From positions 3,226 to 35,225 of the forward strand of contig NZ_JAYKGW010000124.1 of assembly GCF_035285525.1 (NCBI RefSeq): DNA of 32,000 bases. Direction: 5' to 3'. Made by a program: the position numbers and the translations under genes. This document shows positions 26,646 to 32,000 of this stretch, in pieces. The stretch comes from Okeania sp. GTDB taxonomy: Bacteria > Cyanobacteriota > Cyanobacteriia > Cyanobacteriales > Microcoleaceae. Position 1 is the stretch's first letter; each line of letters opens with the position of its first letter. The notes beneath the pieces are model-generated. The model was not told where the DNA came from. It saw only the letters and a program-made list of their open reading frames with translations, and made no database searches.

Positions 26646-27512
26646 CTATTTATTTCCACATAACAAACCAAATTTAATTAACCCTCGCTCATATCCACTA
26701 CTCATTAATCTCAGGGAAAGAGCAGCTTGAATAGTTGTCCAACCACTAAAAAGTACATTAATCAGAACTTGAGGGTCAAACGCTGATTCAATCACTACAT
26801 CCCAAAAAGGAGCAACAGCAGTTGACCAGTCAGCGGTAAAAATATTTTTAAAACCAATATTCTGAGCGATCGCTTCATACTCTGGTAAAGAAATAACATA
26901 AGGTAAAGTATAAACCCGATAAATATCAGCTAAGTGTCTCCTTTCATCATCAGTCAGTTGTTCGTCAAATTCTCCTACTGAACGATGACACCAAGTTGCC
27001 ATAATTATTTTACCACCAGGCTTCAGAACTCGATGGCATTCTTGCAAAAATTTCTGTTTATTAGGCATATGTTCTCCACTTTCGAGAGACCAAACCAAAT
27101 CATAAGATTCATCAACAAAAGGCATATCTAAAGCATCGGCAACCATAAAATTAGTACGTTCACTTAAGTTTGCCGACTCTGCACGTTCCTTAGCTCTGTT
27201 TGCCTGAACGGGAGAAAGGGTAATACCTGTAGCTGTGGCATTAAATTTTTCAGCTAAGTAGAGTGTACTACCACCAATGCCACAACCAACATCAAGGATC
27301 GAGGCTGGTGGCCACAAATTTGAGGTTTCATTTGTTGTGGCCCAATGAAGTAGTTCCTCAATCATGTCTATTTGAGCTTGTCGTCTATTTTTTTTCTCTT
27401 GACCATCTGGGCCATAATAACCGTGGTGCATATGTTCACCCCATGTCTGTTCCCACAGATTGGACGAAGCATCATAAAATTGTTGAATTTCCTCAGTTAA
27501 ATTCCCTGGCAT
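26646..27512 (-). CDS. vte4: gamma-tocopherol methyltransferase (SAM-dependent; ortholog of Synechocystis Slr0089 / plant VTE4)
   Basis: 288-aa ORF. From memory these segments match Slr0089 closely: FYDASSNLWEQTWGEHMHHGYYGP, RRQAQIDMIEELL, SAM motif ILDVGCGIGGSTLYLA, SLESGEHMPNKQKFLQECHRVLKPGG, LTDDERRHLADIYRVYTLPYVISLPEY, ADWSTAVAPFWDVVIESAF and YERGLIKFGLL. Confidence 0.85.
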   Translation of the reverse strand: MPGNLTEEIQQFYDASSNLWEQTWGEHMHHGYYGPDGQEKKNRRQAQIDMIEELLHWATTNETSNLWPPASILDVGCGIGGSTLYLAEKFNATATGITLSPVQANRAKERAESANLSERTNFMVADALDMPFVDESYDLVWSLESGEHMPNKQKFLQECHRVLKPGGKIIMATWCHRSVGEFDEQLTDDERRHLADIYRVYTLPYVISLPEYEAIAQNIGFKNIFTADWSTAVAPFWDVVIESAFDPQVLINVLFSGWTTIQAALSLRLMSSGYERGLIKFGLLCGNK

Positions 27513-27559
27513 AAGTTCTGTTTATTTTACTAGAGTTAGTATATAGCAATCTTAATTTT

Positions 27560-27733
27560 TAGGACTTACGCAAAGCAACCCAATTTTGTCATTGCGTTTC
27601 GCTACGCGACATGAAAAGCGCAGCGCAAGCGAAGCGCAACCGACAGCGTTTCGCTCCGCGACATGAATGGGTCGCATTCCGGACCGAAAGCAATCTCAAA
27701 TGCCTAAAACTCCTTCATCATGGGTAAGTCCTA
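27560..27733 (+). mobile_element. 174-bp MITE of the CAGGACTTACGCA-TIR family with a GC-rich core containing two CGCGACATGAA modules
   Basis: The left part is TAGGACTTACGCAAAGCAACCCAATTTTGTCATTGCG. The core holds GTTTCGCTACGCGACATGAAAAGCGC (27596-27621) and GTTTCGCTCCGCGACATGAATGG (27648-27670). The right part is ...GAAAGCAATCTCAAATGCCTAAAACTCCTTCATCATGGGTAAGTCCTA. Confidence 0.8.
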
Positions 27734-27740
27734 GTTTGAT

Positions 27741-27830
27741 CAGGACTGAGGCAAAGGTACTATATATAGAGTTTAAAAACCATTATGCAATAGTTTTAGG
27801 CACTATATCTAGGGTAAATGCTTCAGCAAT
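27741..27830. mobile_element. diverged inverted copy of the subfamily-2 MITE
   Basis: CAGGACTGAGGCAAAGGTACTATATATAGAGTTTAAAAACCATTATGCAATAGTTTTAGGCACTATATCTAGGGT aligns with the reverse complement of 26488-26578. The far end is degenerate. A solo TTGGTAAGTCCTG end lies at 28001-28013. Confidence 0.55.
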
Positions 27831-28205
27831 TAACAATGAAAAATTAATAATTACCCCTTCTGAAAACAAGGGGATTGACTAAAAGAAAGTTTTTTTATTT
27901 ATCCCCTTAAAAGGTGAGGCTTTAAACCTGAATTATTGAATGAATAATAATTAACTATCAACTCTTGATTATTAATTATTAACTATTAATTATTAATTGT
28001 TTGGTAAGTCCTGTTTATTTATGAAAAAAACTGGGTGGTGGTGTACAAATAGTTATTTTGGCAGTTAGACTTCTGACAGTGAAAAAAAAAGGTCTATTTC
28101 AGTTTTCAGTTATCATTACCTTTAGCTGTTTGTGCAGCATGACCGAGGAAAGTATTGAGATTGAAATACTAAATTGAAATTTTCTCTTAGTAAATAAGAG
28201 GTTAC

Positions 28206-28340
28206 TATAGCAATCAGTTGTGATTTGTGATAATTTGAATATTTTATCTAACGGGGTTTGGTCTCCAAACCCCATCTGAGCTAAGGTTTGGAGACCAAAC
28301 TCCTACAGTTTTTCCTCACATCTAGTTCCTGATTGCTATA
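28206..28340. mobile_element. 135-bp MITE-like element of the TATAGCAAT-TIR family carrying two GGTTTGG..CCAAACC palindromes
   Basis: The left end is TATAGCAATCAG and the right end is CTGATTGCTATA, a perfect 12-bp inverted repeat. The interior contains GGGGTTTGGTCTCCAAACCCC and GGTTTGGAGACCAAAC. Confidence 0.75.
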
Positions 28341-28388
28341 TTAATTATTAATTATTAATTATTGAAAAATACATCGTAAAAAATTGCA

Positions 28389-29720
28389 ATGAGTGTATCT
28401 AGAACTATTTGTCAAGGTTTCATTATTGTTATTACTTTTGGCACTATATTATTAATGCTACCTATTTCTATGAGTAATGGAAATTGGAGCCATCCTGTAA
28501 CTGCTTTATTTACAGCAACTTCTGCTGTTTGTGTGACTGGATTATCAGTCGTAAATGTAGGAGAATACTATTCATTTTGGGGGCAGTTATTTCTGTTATT
28601 TTTAGTTCAAATTGGAGCTTTCGGTTATATGACTGCTACAACTATTCTGTTGTTGTTGTTAGGTCATAAATTTCGTCTTAAGGAAAAAATTGCTCTTCAG
28701 CAATCTTTGGAACAGGTAGGATTAGCAGGTGTGGAGGGTTTAATTAAGTCAATTTTAGTAACAACAATTGTGCTTGAATTTACTGGTATTTTTTTATTAA
28801 TGTTAGTTTTTGTGCCAGTTTATGGCTTTCAAGAAGGTCTTTGGTATTCTATTTTTCATAGTATTAATGCTTTTAACAATGCTGGTTTTAGTTTATATTC
28901 AGATGGTTTTATGCAATTTGTCAAATCTCCATTATTAAATTTGGTAATTACTGGTTTAATTATCTTTGGTGGATTAGGCTATCAAGTGATTATGGAAATG
29001 TTTTTATGGTTGAAATATCTTTGGCAAAGAAAAAAAGCTTGTTACACCTTTTCTCTACATTTTAAAGTAGTTACTAATACTACTATTTTTCTATTAATAG
29101 TTGGTTTAATTGCTTTTTTGATTGCCGAATTTAATAATCCTAATACTCTAGAAAATTTAAACTTAGGGGAAAAATTAATTGCTGCTTGGTTTCAATCTGT
29201 TACTACTAGAACTGCTGGTTTTAACACTATTGATATTGGTAATTTGACTGATGCTGGTTTCTTTTTTACAATTTTTTTAATGTTTATTGGTGCTAGTCCG
29301 GGTAGCACTGGAGGAGGGATTAAAACTACTACTTTTGCAATATTATTTAATAGTACAAAAGCGGCTCTACAAGGTAAACATGAAGTTTTATGTTATCAGC
29401 GCAAGATTCCAATTATTGTGATTATTAAAGCGATTGGTATAGTTTTTGCATCTACTATATTAGTGGTTTTGGCTACTACTTTAATTGCATTTACTGACCA
29501 ACATTTAGAATTAACTTCTATTTTCTTTGAGGTTGTTTCTGCTTTTGCTACGGTGGGTTTATCTTTGGGGGTTACTTCTGATTTTACCATTCCAGGACAA
29601 TTAGTTTTAATTGCAACAATGTACATAGGTAGAGTTGGTGTATTGTTGTTGGTTTCAACTGTTTTTAAAGAACAAAAACCTAGTGCGGTTGAATATCCAG
29701 AAGGAAATTTATATGTATAG
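28389..29720 (+). CDS. ktrB: Ktr-type K+ transporter membrane subunit (TrkH/KtrB family)
   Basis: 443-aa polytopic ORF. It has four pore-loop-like motifs with conserved Gly: SAVCVTGLSV, NAFNNAGFSL, TTRTAGFNT and AFATVGLSLGV. The size fits KtrB rather than the longer TrkH. Confidence 0.88.
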   Translation: MSVSRTICQGFIIVITFGTILLMLPISMSNGNWSHPVTALFTATSAVCVTGLSVVNVGEYYSFWGQLFLLFLVQIGAFGYMTATTILLLLLGHKFRLKEKIALQQSLEQVGLAGVEGLIKSILVTTIVLEFTGIFLLMLVFVPVYGFQEGLWYSIFHSINAFNNAGFSLYSDGFMQFVKSPLLNLVITGLIIFGGLGYQVIMEMFLWLKYLWQRKKACYTFSLHFKVVTNTTIFLLIVGLIAFLIAEFNNPNTLENLNLGEKLIAAWFQSVTTRTAGFNTIDIGNLTDAGFFFTIFLMFIGASPGSTGGGIKTTTFAILFNSTKAALQGKHEVLCYQRKIPIIVIIKAIGIVFASTILVVLATTLIAFTDQHLELTSIFFEVVSAFATVGLSLGVTSDFTIPGQLVLIATMYIGRVGVLLLVSTVFKEQKPSAVEYPEGNLYV

Positions 29721-29810
29721 CGCGTAGCACTAGAGAATAGGAAACAGAAAACAGTAGAATACTAGAGGGTTTCAGGATGCAGAAATATCCGCGTTCTTTG
29801 CTTCGACTGC

Positions 29811-29928
29811 TGTATAATTCAATACAGTTCAGTTAAGGATTTTTGGCACAGCTTTGTAGTCTGAAAAGCCTATTTAATGGTTTTATATCTTATGAGTTTT
29901 CGTCTGAACTGAACCGTATTGCTATATA
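29811..29928. mobile_element. ~118-bp inverted-repeat element in the ktrB-ktrA spacer
   Basis: The left arm is TGTATAATTCAATACAGTTCAGTT. The reverse complement of the right arm is TATATAGCAATACGGTTCAGTT. The core CAATAC(A/G)GTTCAGTT matches 15/16. The right end resembles the TATAGCAAT TIR. Confidence 0.5.
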
Positions 29929-29994
29929 ATTAGCTCTTAGCTGATAGCTGACCGCTGAATGCTTACATTTAATCAAATAAATCGTTGAATTTAT

Positions 29995-30693
29995 ATGAAA
30001 TTATCATCTTGGAATTTTTGGCAAAAGTTACGCCCAGAAAATCAACAATTTGCTGTTATTGGTTTAGGTCGGTTTGGTCGATCAGTCTGTGAAACTTTAC
30101 ATAATTTAGGTTATGAAGTGCTAGCTATTGATAAGGATGAAAAAAGGGTAAATTTGGCTTTAACTGACCAAATTTCTTCTCATGCTTTTAAGCTAGATGC
30201 AACAGAAATTAATGCTATTAAACAAAGTGGTATTTTAGATTTTGATACAGTAATTGTGGCAATTGGTAATTATTTGGCAGAAAGTATCACTGTTACTTTG
30301 AATCTTAAAGAATTAGGCATAAAATCTGTGGTCGCTAAAGCTTCTTCTGAGACTCATCAGAAATTATTAGAAAAAGTTGGAGCAGATCATGTTGTATTTC
30401 CAGAAAGAGAAATGGGTTGTGAGGTGGCGCGATTATTAACTAAACCTAGAGTAATCGATCAATTTAATATTGACCCAGACAATAGTATTGTAGAGTTTAT
30501 TGTGCCAGATAAGTTTGATGGGAAAACTATTGCTGATTTAGAAATACGGAATAAATATGGTTTAAATTTATTGGCAGTTAGTGGTCAAAATCAAAAATTT
30601 ATAATTAATCCTCAGTCTAGTACAATTTTAAAAAAAGGAACAGTAATAATTGTACTTGGTTCTAATCAAGATATTAATCGTTTACCAAATTAA
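29995..30693 (+). CDS. ktrA: Ktr-type K+ transporter peripheral NAD-binding subunit (TrkA-N plus TrkA-C/RCK domains)
   Basis: 232-aa ORF. It has the Rossmann motif FAVIGLGRFGRSV and an RCK C-terminal lobe (FIVPDKFDGKTIADLEIRNKYGLNLLAV...GTVIIVLG). It lies adjacent to ktrB. Confidence 0.88.
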   Translation: MKLSSWNFWQKLRPENQQFAVIGLGRFGRSVCETLHNLGYEVLAIDKDEKRVNLALTDQISSHAFKLDATEINAIKQSGILDFDTVIVAIGNYLAESITVTLNLKELGIKSVVAKASSETHQKLLEKVGADHVVFPEREMGCEVARLLTKPRVIDQFNIDPDNSIVEFIVPDKFDGKTIADLEIRNKYGLNLLAVSGQNQKFIINPQSSTILKKGTVIIVLGSNQDINRLPN

Positions 30694-30806
30694 GAAATAA
30701 GAAGTAAGAAGGAAAAAGTAAGCTAAATACTTACTTATTATCTTATATTAAGTGGAACTTAATCAAGAAATAGTATAAGTTTAAAGAAAAATAATTTTAG
30801 GTAATT

Positions 30807-31859
30807 ATGAGAGAAATTTCTGGTAATCAACAAGAAAAAATAACAACTAATTTGCTGCCAAAATATTTGTCATGGCTCTATAGTTTTTGGAAGTTTGCTC
30901 GTCCCCATACAATTATTGGTACAACCTTAAGTGTATTGGCTTTATATATAATTGCTATGGGCGATCGCTCTAACTTTTATACTAATACATCTTCTTTTTT
31001 ATATAGTTTAATTCTGTTATTAATAACTTGGATAAGTTGTCTATGTGGCAATATTTATATAGTAGGATTGAATCAGTTAGAGGACGTGGAAATAGATAAG
31101 ATTAATAAGCCTCATTTACCTATAGCTGCTGGTGAATTTTCTCTTTTTTCTGGTCAAATTATTGTGGTAATAACAGGTACTTTAGCTTTAAGTCTAGCCT
31201 TCCTCGCCGGACCATTTTTATTAGGTACTGTAGGAATAAGTTTGGCAATTGGTACTGTTTATTCTTTGCCTCCTATCCGATTAAAAAGATTTCCCGTTTT
31301 GGCAGCGTTATGTATTTTTACTGTCCGGGGAGTAATTGTTAATTTGGGTATATTTTTAAGCTTTGTTTGGGGATTTCAAAAAGTGGAGAAATTCTCAGGA
31401 AGTTTAAATAAATGGATGACAGAATTAGGTGAAATAATTCTACTCAAAAAAAGTTTGATAATTCCAGAAATTCTCCCGACAGTATGGGCGCTAACTTTGT
31501 TTGTGATAGTATTTACTTTTGCTATTGCTATTTTTAAAGATATTCCAGATATTGAAGGAGACCGTCAATATAATATCAATACATTTACAATTAAATTAGG
31601 AGCATTTGCTGTTTTTAATTTGGCAAGATGGGTATTAACAATTTGCTATCTAGGTATGGCGATAATAGGTGTAATTTGGTTGGCAAATGTTAATTTAATT
31701 TTTTTGGTAATAAGTCATTTATTAGCTTTGGGAATAATGTGGTGGCGGAGTCAAAAAGTAGATATGGAAGATAAAAAAGCGATCGCTGATTTTTATCAAT
31801 TTATTTGGAAATTATTTTTCCTGGAATATCTAATTTTTCCCATGGCTTGTTTGTTCTAA
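30807..31859 (+). CDS. vte2: homogentisate phytyltransferase (UbiA superfamily; ortholog of Synechocystis Slr1736 / plant VTE2)
   Basis: 350-aa polytopic ORF. From memory these segments match Slr1736: FWKFARPHTIIGTTLSV, the first Asp-rich motif GNIYIVGLNQLEDVEIDKINKPHLPIA, YSLPPIRLKRFPVLAALCIFTVRG, the second motif AIAIFKDIPDIEGDRQYNI, and the C-terminal FYQFIWKLFFLEYL. Confidence 0.85.
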   Translation: MREISGNQQEKITTNLLPKYLSWLYSFWKFARPHTIIGTTLSVLALYIIAMGDRSNFYTNTSSFLYSLILLLITWISCLCGNIYIVGLNQLEDVEIDKINKPHLPIAAGEFSLFSGQIIVVITGTLALSLAFLAGPFLLGTVGISLAIGTVYSLPPIRLKRFPVLAALCIFTVRGVIVNLGIFLSFVWGFQKVEKFSGSLNKWMTELGEIILLKKSLIIPEILPTVWALTLFVIVFTFAIAIFKDIPDIEGDRQYNINTFTIKLGAFAVFNLARWVLTICYLGMAIIGVIWLANVNLIFLVISHLLALGIMWWRSQKVDMEDKKAIADFYQFIWKLFFLEYLIFPMACLF

Positions 31860-31876
31860 TACACCCCTGCTAAACT

Positions 31877-32000
31877 GTAGGGGCGGGTTTCACCATAGCG
31901 CTAATGGTGTTCCCAGTCAGCTAACTAAACCCGCCCCCCCACATTAGTAGGGGCGGGTTTCACCATAGCGCTAATGGTGTTCCCAGTCAGCTAACTAAAC
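31877..32000. repeat. structured 70-bp direct repeat, about 1.8 copies, cut by the window end
   Basis: The unit is GTAGGGGCGGGTTTCACCATAGCGCTAATGGTGTTCCCAGTCAGCTAACTAAACCCGCCCC. The outer 11-bp stem is GGGGCGGGTTT/AAACCCGCCCC and the inner hairpin is CACCAT-AGCGCTA-ATGGTG. The second copy starts at 31947. Confidence 0.85.

Noticed and set aside
28296-28320. CTCCTACAGTTTTTCCTCACATC resembles the Yfr1 sRNA core (ACUCCUCACAC).
   Set aside because: The match is only partial, it lies inside a MITE, and the flanking stem-loops characteristic of that sRNA are missing.
800-29626. Short ORFs antisense to or nested within good genes: 800-994, 4733-4921, 11428-11613, 12193-12477, 13092-13289, 19881-20075, 23789-24121, 27263-27514, 28484-28669 and 29396-29626.
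   Set aside because: Each overlaps a longer ORF with clear family motifs on the other strand or in another frame. Their low-complexity, AT-codon-driven composition is typical of spurious ORFs in AT-rich DNA.

Overview
The window looks like AT-rich chromosomal DNA from a filamentous, Nostocales-type cyanobacterium. Supporting evidence: 13 exact copies of the HIP1 octamer GCGATCGC by my reading, heptamer STRR-like tracts, a cyanobacterial AbrB-type regulator, tocopherol genes and KtrAB. I support 17 protein-coding genes and one tRNA. In order they are: hom (truncated at the window start), a C-DES-like class V PLP enzyme, a hybrid sensor kinase, a TM0106-type RecB-like nuclease, a phytase-like secreted protein, tRNA-Asp(GUC), glgX, a DUF4347/RTX protein, cyAbrB, a DUF2786 protein, fcl, gmd, a polyprenyl-phosphate sugar transferase, an RTX-S8 peptidase, gamma-tocopherol methyltransferase, ktrB, ktrA and homogentisate phytyltransferase. 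Roughly a third of the window is non-coding. That space is filled with small repeats: several MITE-like families with terminal inverted repeats, small palindromic modules inserted inside one another, and tandem arrays with periods of 66, 26, 70 and 7 bp. I saw no CRISPR array, cas gene, reverse transcriptase, integrase, transposase, toxin-antitoxin pair or recognisable defence operon, so I do not claim a new protein-based system. The observations most worth following up are: (1) one small GC-rich module inserted into three different host repeats, each of which also occurs here in its uninterrupted form; (2) a 93-bp MITE lying exactly in frame in the 5' end of the DUF4347/RTX gene, with a second copy of the same family directly after the stop codon; (3) a 9-unit 66-bp tandem array in the hom upstream region; (4) two tocopherol genes bracketing ktrBA. 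All coordinates come from hand counting. Protein family calls rest on motif recognition, not database searches.
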